A DNA stretch of 64,000 nt from positions 19,530,001-19,594,000 of the forward strand of contig CM120645.1 in assembly GCA_051362555.1 (NCBI GenBank), given 5' to 3'. Each line of letters opens with the position of its first letter. Position 1 is the stretch's first letter. This DNA is from Lingula anatina. Taxonomy: Eukaryota > Animalia > Brachiopoda. Shown here piece by piece: positions 1-12,443 of this stretch. Both the position numbers and the translations under genes were made by a program. The notes under the pieces were generated by a model. The model was not told where the DNA came from. It saw nothing but the letters and a program-made list of their open reading frames with translations, and did no database searches.

Positions 1-93
1 AAGTGCAGCTGATTTACCAGAGGTTTTTGCATACTGTATACTTTACCAGCACATCTTAATGTGTAGATTGCATTATCTCACGCTGAAACTATA

Positions 94-225
94 CCCTCTA
101 CCTGGGCCACAGATTAATTATGTGCACTTTTCTCCAATGCATCAGTGGAGAAATGTGCCATGAATAACCCGGGGAAATATCTGTGAATATTTAATGAAAA
201 ATCAATATGTGGCCCTGGTAGAGGG
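94..225. mobile_element. MITE, Tc1/mariner-like (TA flanks)
   Basis: Terminal inverted repeats ccctctacctgggccaca / tgtggccctggtagaggg (1 mismatch), TA on both sides, no ORF. Confidence 0.6.
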
Positions 226-648
226 TACTGAAACGATATTGAAATTTATTTTAAGTAAGCATTTTAAGTAAACATTTTGATTTAAGTCAACCTGGTTTCC
301 TACCAGTAACTTTTACATGTACCTTCTATTGTTTTGTACATTGTACACATTTTTATATATATACGAGTAATACGACTGTTTATAGCACCAATGTAAATTG
401 ATGAAATATAATTGGAAACTGTCAGTGTAATGTATGCTATTAAAATATGCACCATTTATCAGTAATTTGAATACATGTTTCCTAATGATTTTTAATATAT
501 ATGAACAAACTTATAAATAAGTGTTATAAATAAATGTATAATTGTCAGTCTTGTTTTGATGGACAGGTAAACGAACTCAGATTACGCTATACACAATACG
601 TAGCGCCAAGAGATAAATAAATATGAATTATGTTAAATTGAGTAACAG

Positions 649-794
649 GGCTCCGTATCTCGAAAGGTTCGCTATGTTGCGTACCTGCGCAAGTGTCTCG
701 ATTCCATGACCGATTCTATTTCGAGATACGGGGCCATGGAATCGAGACACTTGCGCACGTACGCAACATAGCGAACCTTTCGAGATACGGAGCC
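649..794. mobile_element. Palindromic MITE, PIF/Harbinger-like
   Basis: ~60-bp near-perfect inverted arms (ggctccgtatctcgaaagg... / ...cctttcgagatacggagcc); CAG repeated at 646-648 and 795-797 as a putative 3-bp TSD. Confidence 0.75.
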
Positions 795-1321
795 CAGATT
801 TGCTGCAAACGACTTTATCAGACATTATTTAATCAAGCCAACATGAAGCATTCGGTTGAAGAGTTATATTTGCTTTTGCCAAAAATGTGCTCGGAAAAAG
901 GGAAAGGGATTTATCAAAAATTTTAATAGAATGCAGTAAGACTCACTGACATTTTTTTCGTTTTGTCGACATAATAAAAAGAGGAAAAAGCAAAAAAAAA
1001 AAAAAAAAAAAAAAAAAACTCCAAGGTCATTAAATTTTTTTATTAGTGGCGGCATTTGCTTTGGAAAAAAAATCTGTCATACGATTATTGATATTTTGGT
1101 GTAAGACTAAAATACTAGTGCAACGAGCGTAACGAGACGAAACAAAGTGGCTTTAAAGTTTTTCAGCCGTATGCCCTAATACTACGATACCCCCCTTCCC
1201 CGTCTGTCACGGTCTAGGTTACTATTTTATAGTACTGTCCTTGTGACCCCACCTCCTCTGTGACCCCATCTTCCTCGTGAACCCCACCTTCGAAAAGACT
1301 TGTCCGCTTTTGGTACATGTA

Positions 1322-1493
1322 CCGGTGTGACAAGAATGGAAGTCCAAGGAATGAAAGTCCGGGCTCCCATAAAATGAGTACAGGTTAGGGTTATTTGGAG
1401 TATTGGGGTTAGTAAATTGAACGAACGTCACCTGTACAAAGTAATCGGAAGCGGACTACGTTTCCTAGCGGACTTCCATTCCTGTTACACTGG
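1322..1493. mobile_element. MITE, Tc1/mariner-like (TA flanks)
   Basis: TIRs ccggtgtgacaagaatggaagtcc / ggacttccattcctgttacactgg (3 mismatches), TA on each side, internal ggttagggtt motif. Confidence 0.6.
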
Positions 1494-2145
1494 TATCACG
1501 GAAAAGGACGCACATGATATTTCAAACTGCAGTGTTCAAACTTTACAGAATCAATGAGATAGATAGTATTTATTGCAGAGGACAGGATTGAGGTCCTTAA
1601 TTGGATATGTTTACAATAAATGTTATAGTGAATAGAGTTCTTGTGAATACATAGATCATAATGAATATTGCAAGACGTTAGATGGCGAAGTTCTTGAAGT
1701 ATATACAGTAGAAAATGTGTGGTGTTTTCAAACTTGTGCATTGTTATCGTATTTAAAACGATAAACATACTCAATATTAATGAATGAGATTAATTATATG
1801 TACATGAGACTCGTGTGACAAGTACTGTAAGTTGACGTAATGTTTAATTAACAAACTCTTGAGACAGTGACACACCAATCCTAATGACAATCACAAAAAA
1901 AACATAGTAAATACTAAATGCTCTATTTACACGTTAATAAACTTCGGGCTTTTTAAAATACAAGTGTGCACCGACGGCACACCAGCCTGTTTGTAATTTT
2001 TTATTTATTGCCAAATTTGCGAGGTTCCGGACCACATGGCATTGATCCTGCACGATTTCGATGTTCAACAAGGAAGGCAATAAATTACTCCAAGAACATA
2101 CAGGTAGAGCGTTTTTTTTTCATAGGTCTCTCCATGGTGTTGTTT

Positions 2146-4174
2146 TTAGAGACAAGTTACGTACTCTGTCTCAATCCTATGTTTTGGTGGCATTCTTTTA
2201 TGATCAGTCTTGCTGCATATATTACATGCAGCGCAATAGTCCGAAGACGGGCTGAGAGTTGAATAGCTTGTAAAATCAGATGAGGTAAAGGAATAATCCC
2301 TAGCTATTGGCGAAGCAGCGTCTGAGAGATAAATATCTACGTGTGAACTAGCAGGTGATGAAGTCATTAATATTTCTGAATTCCGAGGTGACGTCAACGA
2401 ATCTATCGGTGACGTCAGAGAATCTAGTGGTGATGTCATCCAACTTCGGGATTCTTTCGATTCAAAGGATGAGGTCATCGTAGTTGTGGAACACGCACTT
2501 GAGAATATATTCTTCCTATCCTCAGGGCAGTTGCTCTGAACCCATGGGAATAATGTTGAAGGCATCGGAGTGTTATTTTGCCCTGTGTGCAGGGGTGACG
2601 TAGAGCGGGAGGCGTCACCTACCGGCCAAGACTGCATGAATGACGAAAAAGACAAATTGAGGGGCAGAGGGGTCAATTCCGGGGAATACGATATTTTTTC
2701 CGCTGCCTGTCTCCCCTCCCTGACAATGGGGGGAGACCTTGCCCGAGATGTTGATGGACCATTTGGGGCGGGATCTTCCTTGATTACCTCAAAGAATTTT
2801 TCGTTCTTGAACACAGTGCAACTGGAAAAGGTAATGTGAAATACAGGTGTTTTTAGGACGCGGTTCGCCTATTTAAATACAACTAGGTGACCAAATACAT
2901 TTAAATTTTCCATTTCAAGTCAAAAACTATTGACACTACAGCGTCTCTTTTGAATAAAAAAATTGATAAAAATTATCCCTAAATTTCATTTTTTACATTG
3001 ATTCGGATCTTGAAAAATCGCTATAGCTTTCTGCTGACAGCATAGGTGGATTAGACTAGAAAATGCAAAGTAAAATCTATTTTAGGTCCTTTATACAACG
3101 AGCAGTATGCTTAAGCGATAAACTCTCAACTTGTGTACTGCGAGAGGTCTTAACATGTACTTTAGTATATGTACTGCGAGAGGTCTTAACATGTACTTTA
3201 GTATACAGTATGTAATGCTACAGGTTCACAAGTTCTCTTCACGTTACGATAATTAAGGTCCTTACTCACCTGCCATTCAAATTGGGATCCTTGTCTTTAT
3301 ACAAGTTGACAGTGCTACCCGGATGTGAACAATACGGGGGCGGGGCGTCACACACGTACTGGAACGGATGGTGTTGTACTGGAACAGAGCAGATCAGAAT
3401 TTATCGTAGCCTATAAGTTGCTTTTCTTTTCCTTTGACTATGTTTAAATTTATATTATTTCAATTAAAAAAATCATTCAGGAGCTATGTTCATTGGTCAA
3501 CCAAATTTCAGTGGACGCACCATGTGACCCACTTCGTTGGTGCCGGTGGTGTCCCAGAAGCAGTGGCGGATTCAGGGGGTCAGCCCCCTTCGGTTTCTGA
3601 AAAATATATCGCACCAATATTCCCCTCTTGAAATTAGAATTTTGACTACCTAAATTATAGTTCTAAACCGTACAAAAAGGCACTGTTTGCTCTCCAAAAC
3701 ACCCAAAAATTTCCGGTGTCCTTGAGCAGGCCCTGAACCCCACACCAAGGGGGCGATGGTCGGCTTCGCATCAGAGGCCTGTCGTCCCCTCCCTCCCTTT
3801 CAAATAATCTTGGATCCGCCCCTGGAAAAGTATCTATAATGTGAATAATGCTTACAAATCGTTTGAAGACAACTTCCCTCTTTTGCCCCGTTTCTATTTT
3901 ATTGTAACGTAATGTGCAATAAAAAATTAGGTGTTGGCTCACCAGAAGTTTGAGGCAGCTAACAGCTAGTAAAAACATAGGTAACGTATGTATCGATGGA
4001 TATGAGACCCGGCATGATAGTGTAACAATCAGTAATATGCATTGTAGAAACATAGTTGCGCCGAACAACAACAATAATCTACACGCAATTTGGTAACGTA
4101 TGTATCGAATACATACGTTACCGATACAGGTACATGCGTTACCAAATTGCGTGTAGAGTGTTGTTGTTGTTTAC

Positions 4175-4233
<59 letters not shown>

Positions 4234-4379
4234 TGCTGGTGGTGGTGGTGGTGGTGGTAATGGTAGATGTAGTGGTAGTGGTATGATAAGATCACTTACC
4301 TCCACAGTATTGGCAGGCTGGGTACCTGGGATCCACCGTACAACCGAGTCTATTCCTACGAGCAGTATCTAGATGTAAA

Positions 4380-4431
<52 letters not shown>

Positions 4432-5248
4432 ATGTGATAAGATAAGATATATACCAATTTGGAATAAAAGTATGCAGCATGTTGTGGTATATCTGGCATA
4501 CAATGAAACGGCCCATCCAAGAGATCCTTTGCCCCTTCTTCTTCTTCTTCTTCTTTTTAACGTAAAATGTATGGCTTTTTTGTATTAGTAAAAGGAACAC
4601 ATTTAATTCGCCTCTTTATGGACATTGGTGAGGACCCGCGTCCCCGAATAAACACTCCCACTTCCCTACCCCAATTAACGAGTCAAAGCATTTTATCAAC
4701 AAACAAGTACGTGTACCATATCTCCGTAAGTAACTTATCACTATCATAAATAAGAGCAATATTTTCATTGTTTCTTATCCAACATCTTTCAATTGCTGTA
4801 ATTCAAAATGTGGAAAAAGAATTACTGGTATGTGTCAACCAACCTCCAATTCCACATTGTACAAAAAGTAATGTCCTCACCTTTCTTGTTCCTGTGTTTC
4901 TTGTGTATATAGCAACAACTGCACCAGTAACAGAAGATGAGCGTCATGACAATAACAATGAGAACACCTCCAGCAATTATACTAGCCAATACAGGTATAC
5001 TGGAATAAAAGTAATACTAAGTTGAGAAAGGAGACAGCTAAAACTGACAAATGTACAGACTACATGTAGCAGTCTCAGCTTAAACATTTAGAAACTGCAC
5101 TCAATGCCGACCTCTTTAATCATGATCTGCATGCGACACCAAGGCAAACGTTTGAAGAAAAAGAAATTTATCACAAACCTTTGGTAAAAGAATTGTAAAA
5201 CACAAACAAATAAAACAGCACTTTGGTTATCTAAAATAAAATAATTGC

Positions 5249-5284
<36 letters not shown>

Positions 5285-5930
5285 AAGAAAGAAAGAAATA
5301 ACCTATTGTGGCCAATACAAGTTCAGTATATTACGAGACTGGAGAAGAGCCGAGTGGGTGACAATCTCAACCGGCACACCAACCGCAATCATGCAAGGCT
5401 GCTTAAATAGTTTTTACCCCAGCTTTTATCTAAGCCCCTAAGAGCATCTTGACAATACTCTCTCAGTGGTGACAAAAGCCATCCGAGTATAAAAACATGT
5501 ACTGATGTCTATCATATTATAAAACGCTCATAAAATATATCGTATACCATCGATACTTTCAGAGAAGCAGGCTCAAGGCAAATGCACAGTAAGTTATTAA
5601 TTCAAAAGCGCTAGACAGAATAATTATATTTTTCTTTAAAAAAAAACCAGTGCACAAAAGGTTCTGCTGTACGAATGCGCTAGGCAAAGCGCCTTCTCTA
5701 TGGCATTCTCATCAGCAAAAGAATTTTTTAACTTTTACATCAGTTATTCCAATCGTTCATTCAATATCTTTAGCGGACGAGGCTAACGAACGTGTTCGAA
5801 TATCGAACAATGGTTTAAATAGAATAGAAAAGTGCGGTATATCCCCGGTTTTGAGTTCTAAGTGGTTAATCTTTTAGCCTCTCTCGTAATGAAGAGGGAG
5901 ACTGGCGAATTTCACGTAAAAACTTCAGAA

Positions 5931-5997
<67 letters not shown>

Positions 5998-8900
5998 CTC
6001 TAACGTGCATTGCATGCCTTAAAAAATTAACGTCAACTTTCTTTCTTTCATCGATCCCAAACTTCTGCGAAATTTAAAGGAGCTTAATTTTGTGACGTAG
6101 ATACAATGTACTGAAATGTTTCATGAAGTCTATTAAAAAAATAACCTAAAAATAAATTCGTCCTATAAAATCGAGTTTCAGCCGCGCAGCAGCAGACCAG
6201 TGAAATGCACAAAGAACCTTCATTTTGTTCAGTGTAAGCGCACGGATATCACATTGTCTCTCGGTAGTGGGGAAAGTAAGATAAAAAATGGAGTTGTTTA
6301 TAGTCAGTAGGAAGAGAACGCTCCTGCCAAAACCCATGCTGCGTATTTCTTTTGATACGAATCAGCTTTTCTAGTAAAACATGCACGCCCAGCGAAAGCT
6401 AAAAGAACAAGGAAGGGTGCGCTTTTAACGTGATCTAAAAGTTTATTTATTTGCTGTCATTTGCCCCCTTTTCCCGCCGTTCCGCTAACATTGGAATACT
6501 CATTTAATTGCATCTCCCCGTGAGCCGCCAGTCACTCGATCTAAGAATATACATGTTCACATGTTTCAGAGTCATGTCCTGTTTGTCAGCGACAGTTGGA
6601 TTGTTAAGCGACGTTACGACATTTAACTGAAATTTATGTCCCTTCGCTGGGTAAATTCGGTATAGAAAATTCCAAATAAGTGACTATCAGTCCATGAATG
6701 TTTCACTGCAGCTATTTTAAAACAAAAACAAAAAATACTACACACTAGTAACGAACGTTTAAAGCCGTATGTGCAATGGTGAGCTTTACTTGCAGGTGTG
6801 AATTTTCACGTCTGTACTGCCGATGGCGTATATAACACAGGTTGGCATTCTTGCACCTGTTGAACCATTCATTTCAAGGAGCCGAACACAGGTTAAGAAG
6901 TTTATGCTGAACACTAATTGATGAGAATCAGAGTTTATTTGAAGGTACTCAGACCACCAGGGAACCAGTATCATCTAAATCACTTTCCTTACATCATTCA
7001 AGGGGTTCTTTTTAGGCCTAGAAGAGATAAGGGGCCCGTTTCACAAAACGGATGTTGTTGAAAATAGCCCTGCTGTGGATTTTAGCCGGCAAAGTCTAAA
7101 AGACTGCTACCCTCATCTTTTTGGTCACTATAGCAAATTATGATTCCATTGACAGTGATTTTTTTACCCTTATTGGTGACGATAAGGTATACCACCTATA
7201 TTCTTGCGGGCCAGTCGTTCTGAAAACGCTTTTACAACAGAGCTGACTCGCAGAGTCGACTGTATCTGATGCTAGCTCTAATCGCCCAAACCTAAGACCT
7301 TTATCGTAACAGGCCCCACGTTCTCCCCAAAACTAGAATTGATCTTACTCGAATGAATGGCGATAAGAAACCATTCCCACAAGTTATTTCAACGTAAAAC
7401 CTTTGGAAATTAATCAATCTCGGCTACACCTTAGAGTTGTGAGATATCCCTGCCATTTGCCCAATTAGCCTGTTAAGTTTCAGCCATATTTCAACGGGCG
7501 TCCTCTTTGAAGTGGTCCTTTTTTTCATTCTGTGCGGTGTTGCTCCTGGTACATTTGTATGTATCTATTCTAATTTTACCAACTGCCCATTGAAGACAGA
7601 TTTCACGTAGTTCAACGGTGCAGCGAGTGAAAACACCAGTGAAAACCGAGCGCACGCGGTGCAGCGAGTGAAAACCGAGCGTTTTGGGGTTTCCAGGTCT
7701 CACGATAACTCTTGTAAGGTTTTCGGTCCCAATCCTCTCCGTCTCTTTGAAATTTGGGCCTACTGTAGAAAACGACTACGTTGCCCACTGAAATGTTTCT
7801 TTAAGAATATTTTAATAGATACATAGTGCTTTCTGGTCTATTATATCTTCGTTTCTGTTTTAGCAGAATGGTGCTTATTTTGATAAGTATTAAAATACTA
7901 GACAGTTTTGAGCACCGGAGCAATTTCGAAGCATATCTTCATTCAGAAACCTCGTTATGAGACTTATCGTTTCCGTTCGGTATTTCTGCAAACGCTTCCA
8001 TATTTTTCTTATCTTAGAATAAACATCTTTATCACAGTTAAAAAAGGGCAGTAGAAATGCCAAGTGGATATTTGCTGTTAACTGATATTTATTACAGGAT
8101 ATTATATTTTACTTCACAATTGCACGCGAGAATTAGATGAAGCTAACCTTAGCCTACACAAAGACTCCTATCATTCAAGGGTGTTTTCATCATTTTAAGG
8201 GGGGAAATTTTCTCCAAAGTGGATTTAGCTCAATTATCCCCCGCTCTGTAATTGAGTATGAGTTTTGGTGATTACTGCTCGACTGTAAGTGTTATTTCTT
8301 ACCAAAACAATCAGGAAAAACGACAGGAACTACCAAGCATTTTGTTTGTTGAGACCACAATGGTGAATTCCTGACACGTACAAGTGTTAATTTAACTAAA
8401 CAACGGTAACAGGCTACAAAGGGTAATGCAGTCGTCCTCTTTGGTAAACTAGTCTTTTCAGTCTTCCATGAATAGCTGTTTGTTACAGTGTACAAATGTT
8501 ACACCACAGTGCTTGTACCGCATCCACTTATAAAAATGAAATGATATGGAATTTCTCCTCTCTTTTCATTCAGATGGGCATTTGTGTGTGTATGGGGGGG
8601 GGGGGGGGGGGGGGGGTCAGCCCATGTAGGTCACTTGCGGAAAAAACGGTGGGATAAGGGAAATTTATCCCCACGCATTTTTTCTGAGTGGCTATAGCAT
8701 CTCTCCAATTTCGAATTATGTCAACGGCTTTGCACACGGTATACTCTGGTGACAAAGCCAAAAGTGTTGAAATTTTCAGGAAAATTAGATGTTTGCTATA
8801 TCAAGATATAACACTCACTGAGAGGCTGAAAAAAACACGCCGTTTAAAAAAACAAGTAGTCACACCCTTTCTGTCACGATCGCGCACAATAGCGTCTATT

Positions 8901-9783
8901 TTTTCCGTTCTAAACACATCCACCCCAGCCAGGAACACGCAGACTTGGCAAGTGAACTAATCGCACACCTCAGGTACTAATCGGTGAGTTTACCAAGGTA
9001 AAAAAAACGGGGGTCTAATTCACAAAGGACTTTAGCCCGAAAATTGCTCCTTAAGACTAAAATTTAAGTCTACTTTGACCCTAGAGAAATTAGGATAAAT
9101 AAAACATAGCAAAAAGAAAATTTTTCATTATTGAGATCAATGTTTTATTTACTTAAGTGTTAAACTAAGGATTTATCTTTCACTGAAAAGACTGAAATTT
9201 TGGCGTAAATATTTAAACTAAATGTTTGGTGCCAAAGTCCTACTTGTGAAACCGCCCCTTGGGAAAGAAAACAAAAACATCTACAATATATATAATTTCC
9301 TCTACAGCTCGATTACTCAGGTAAGCCCTTTATCAGCTTAAACAATGCCGACAGCGCTTCCGAAATTTCTTTTAAGAATTCTCACGCGTTTTTTGTCTCG
9401 TCAACCTCCGGTCTAATAACCCTGAGTTTCAGAAGTCTGTGGGAATTCACCTCTGTACTATTAGCGTTACTCAGTTACGGCACAGGAGTGCTGGGGTGGA
9501 GAGATGAGTTTACAGGTCTTTCTGAAACTCAGGGTCGTTCTGGCAGACAGACAAGCCAATCCCGTTGCACCTGTGATATTCCGAACGCCTGGGGAATCAC
9601 CCTGTTTTATGTTGACTATAACACCATGGGCTTAAAAAGTTTATAATCTGAGAAAGAAAAAAGGTCAATTTTTTTTTTTGGTAAAATAAAGTGAAAGCTG
9701 TACCTTATCCGTTCTTTTCTAGAAATAGACTAAGGAGATATGAAAGCTCTTAACTTTCACATCTCTCTCTCTCTCTCTCTCCA

Positions 9784-9829
<46 letters not shown>

Positions 9830-10325
9830 GAAGGAGCGAGAGAGAGCGAGAGAAAAGAAAGATACGTGCGTGTGTGTTCTATTGTCTGTGTATGCTTGAG
9901 TGTCGGCGCATTTTCGTGCATGAATGTGCTTGTGGTCGTGCGTTTTAAACAGAAATGCATACAGACGGGCGTATGGGTGGGCGCACGTACAAATAGACAG
10001 AATCATACATCGACAGAGATAGTCATTTATTTTGGTGGCTGATGTAGCTCTCCTTCTTCACTTTTCCCGCTATCACGGGTTAGGCCTACTTCTGACGCTC
10101 GGGGTATAGTAAAGAGATAGACGGGAAGACCAAGTTCAACTCACTTTTCCAGTAAATCAAATCCTTCTGGCTGCGGCGCCTCGCTGGGCGGTGGGCAGCA
10201 ATAGCGTGCTTGCTGGGAACCACAGCAGTACTTCTCTGGCTCGGGGTCCAGCTCGGGGCATGAGAACCCGTTGTTCCACACGCCATATCTATCAAGATAC
10301 CCGGGACAGTAGGGCTCCTTGGATT
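2146..10325 (-). CDS. Shisa-like single-pass membrane protein, 5' (signal peptide) exon not resolved; exons 10325-10145, 4999-4881, 4368-4300, 3378-3270, 2821-2146
   Basis: Shisa Cys pattern YCPGYLDRYGVWNNGFSCP...YCCG...RYCC; TM segment IPVLASIIAGGVLIVIVMTLIF followed by CYWCSCC and a basic stretch; PPPY motif; Ser/Pro-rich tail ending EYVTCL*; all GT-AG phases consistent (~384 aa recovered). Confidence 0.85.
3134..3205. repeat. 36-bp tandem duplication
   Basis: tgtactgcgagaggtcttaacatgtactttagtata twice. Confidence 0.85.
3561..3824 (+). mobile_element. Non-autonomous TIR element (CAGTGGCGGAT family), copy 1
   Basis: Ends cagtggcggattcagg / tggatccgcccctg; internal sequence matches the reverse complement of 21696-21956. 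Confidence 0.75.
4064..4171. repeat. Inverted repeat / MITE-like hairpin
   Basis: acaacaataatctacacgcaatttggtaacgtatgta pairs with tacatgcgttaccaaattgcgtgtagagtgttgttgt; an extra inverted ggtaacgtatgta unit lies in the loop. Confidence 0.7.
4175..4283. repeat. (TAG)n/(TGG)n microsatellite
   Basis: Direct reading. Confidence 0.95.
4381..4429. repeat. (TAA)n microsatellite
   Basis: Direct reading. Confidence 0.95.
5935..5993. repeat. (TA)n microsatellite
   Basis: Direct reading. Confidence 0.95.
9009..9258. mobile_element. Degenerate MITE (Harbinger-like ends)
   Basis: ggggtctaattcacaaaggacttt ... aaagtcctacttgtgaaaccgcccc imperfect TIRs; related end ggggcccgtttcacaaa at 7031. Confidence 0.5.
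9419..9535. mobile_element. Short MITE-like inverted repeat
   Basis: accctgagtttcagaa / ttctgaaactcagggt; related single arms near 11266, 27763 and 33929. Confidence 0.55.
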
Positions 10326-10726
10326 CTGAAACAACAACAACTCGAATTACGTTTACGAAGACTTTGCGTGAATGCCCAAGTTCGTGCACTGTAATAATAA
10401 CTTTGAACTGAATCGCTTAATTTACCTTTACCTGGTCCCGAACTAACACGAAAAGAACGGTGGTTTCGTTTCTGAAACTTACAAGAATTTCAAAAATAAA
10501 ATATATTCGAGGGGGTGGGGGCATCAGGATGAAGAATTATTTACTTTAGAAAGGTACTAGTATACAAAAACCATTTTACAATGTGTCAGGCAGCGGGTTG
10601 GAAAATCTAGCTTTCTCGTTTTCTCGAGGGGGAAGGGGTACTTTTGAAGATGGAGGGGTGAGGGAGGGGGGTGTACCTGCTATGTCCTCCCTGGAAATGT
10701 GGTTGACCCTGCACCCCCCCCCCCCC

Positions 10727-10769
<43 letters not shown>

Positions 10770-11050
10770 GCAAGACAGCTTGTTGCTCAGATAACCATTT
10801 CATCCAATTACTGTTCATGAACTGTATCTTTTTGCGGCGAGTATATTGGTAAAAAGTTAGGGGCCACACGTACTCTTGCCTTTGCCGAAAAAAAAAGCAT
10901 TTTATTACAGGAAGCACAAAGATTAAGCTGGCGTTTCAATGTGAAAAACCTCGCCTGAAATGTCACATTTTTTCAGGCAACGGTTTCGTATGTCTCCGTC
11001 ATTTGTATGGGGCCATGTGCATATAACACGTTTTTTGACTGTGTTTCAGA

Positions 11051-11208
11051 CCGGGTCATATGTGTACCCTGGGAGTCATATGTGTACCCCGGGAGTCATA
11101 TGTGTACCCTGGGAGTCATATGTGTACCCCGGGAGTCATATGTGTACCCTGGGAGTCATATGTGTACCCCGGGAGTCATATGTGTACCCTGGGAGTCAGG
11201 GTACACAT
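11051..11208. repeat. 20-bp minisatellite (7 units) with 40-bp higher-order periodicity and terminal hairpin
   Basis: gggagtcatatgtgtaccc[t/c], last base alternating t,c,t,c,t,c,t; ends in agggtacacat, the inverse of atgtgtaccct. Confidence 0.9.
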
Positions 11209-12371
11209 TTTAGAATGCCCTATGACGTTTTTTGTAATCTATAACAGAAGGGAGTTTCCAAAGACTTCTGAAACTCGGGGGGCAGAGAGAGCTGACGGTG
11301 AATATAAAATTTTAATTGTCTTGCAAAAACATTGAAGGGAAAACTGATACCGGTTTATCGACTCTGACATTGAAAGGCGGAGATGGGCATCCTCATAACT
11401 CGTTTCTACATATCCCAGAGGTTTAAGTACTCGTAACTGGCATGGAATCTTTTTCTGTTCATTGGGGACAATATTTAAGCATCACCGTCAGTTCCCCGAC
11501 GATCGTGTCAGTGAGTCCGTCTGGAGAAGTCCAGCCAACTCTGTAATAAAAAACTTGAAAGACCGAAATTTCAGGCCCTGATTAAAAAAAACACTGTACC
11601 TGATAGAGTAAGATGTGTGCATGGGACCATGTAACGTTGCTCACAAAGCTGTTAGCCACTGGGGCTATTTTTCTTTCTTTCTTTTTTTTTCTTTTTTGAA
11701 ACTGGGGCCAGTCAAGCCAGTCTACTTTGACCCCAGATGAATCAGAGGTGATACTAATAATTTAAACTCCTTGACTTTTTATCAAAAAATAGACTGTTTC
11801 AGACCACTTCATTCAAGTGTTTTGTAATCATGAACAAAGGAAGGCAAATTTTTGGGTCTAAAAGTGAAGACCAATTTTCAGGCCAATATTATTTTGGGAT
11901 ATCGGCCCTTGCACATAGTGTAATGACAATTCGGTAACGTGAAACTTTTGGCAAACAGAAAAAGTCCAACAATCTCAGTTATGATAAATGGGAAATATTT
12001 CCTGTCGTATCTCAAATAACTTATCAGCTACAAGTAGTTTTTGCATTCCTCGTTGTATCATTTTACGTGTTTATCGAGATTTGGTGTAGGTTTGGGGTTT
12101 TTGATAGTCGTGTTTTTTGGTCTTGCAGAGACGCCCCGCTGTAGCTGGCGTGACTGATCAGGAAATAAAGGGGGAAACTAAATATGAAGGTCATACTGAT
12201 AACATCTTGTACTGCGCCTTACTATCTACTATCAATTGAAGATGGGAGTATCTTTTGGTGAAAATTTCATTAAAGAGAGTCACAAAATAAGGTGTAAAAT
12301 AAGGTGGATTTTTTTTTTTTTTTTCATTTTAATTCCACTGACGAGACTGAAAAACAATTGTAAAATTTACT

Positions 12372-12443
12372 TTCCGACGCCGGGAATCGAACCCGGGCCA
12401 CCTGGGTGAGAGCCAGATATCCTAACCACTAGACCACGTCGGA
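12372..12443 (-). tRNA. tRNA-Glu (CTC)
   Basis: TCCGACGTGGTCTAGTGGTTAGGATATCTGGCTCTCACCCAGGTGGCCCGGGTTCGATTCCCGGCGTCGGAA; 7-bp acceptor stem, A and B boxes, downstream TTTT. Confidence 0.95.

Noticed and set aside
628-926. Two similar ORFs on opposite strands
   Set aside because: Artefact of the palindromic MITE
4029-4295. Poly-Tyr/His and poly-Val ORFs
   Set aside because: Produced by (TAG)n/(TGG)n microsatellites
11051-11208. CRISPR-like array
   Set aside because: Units are contiguous with no unique spacers and there are no cas genes; it is a minisatellite
10960-11335. Overlapping repetitive ORFs
   Set aside because: Translations of the minisatellite
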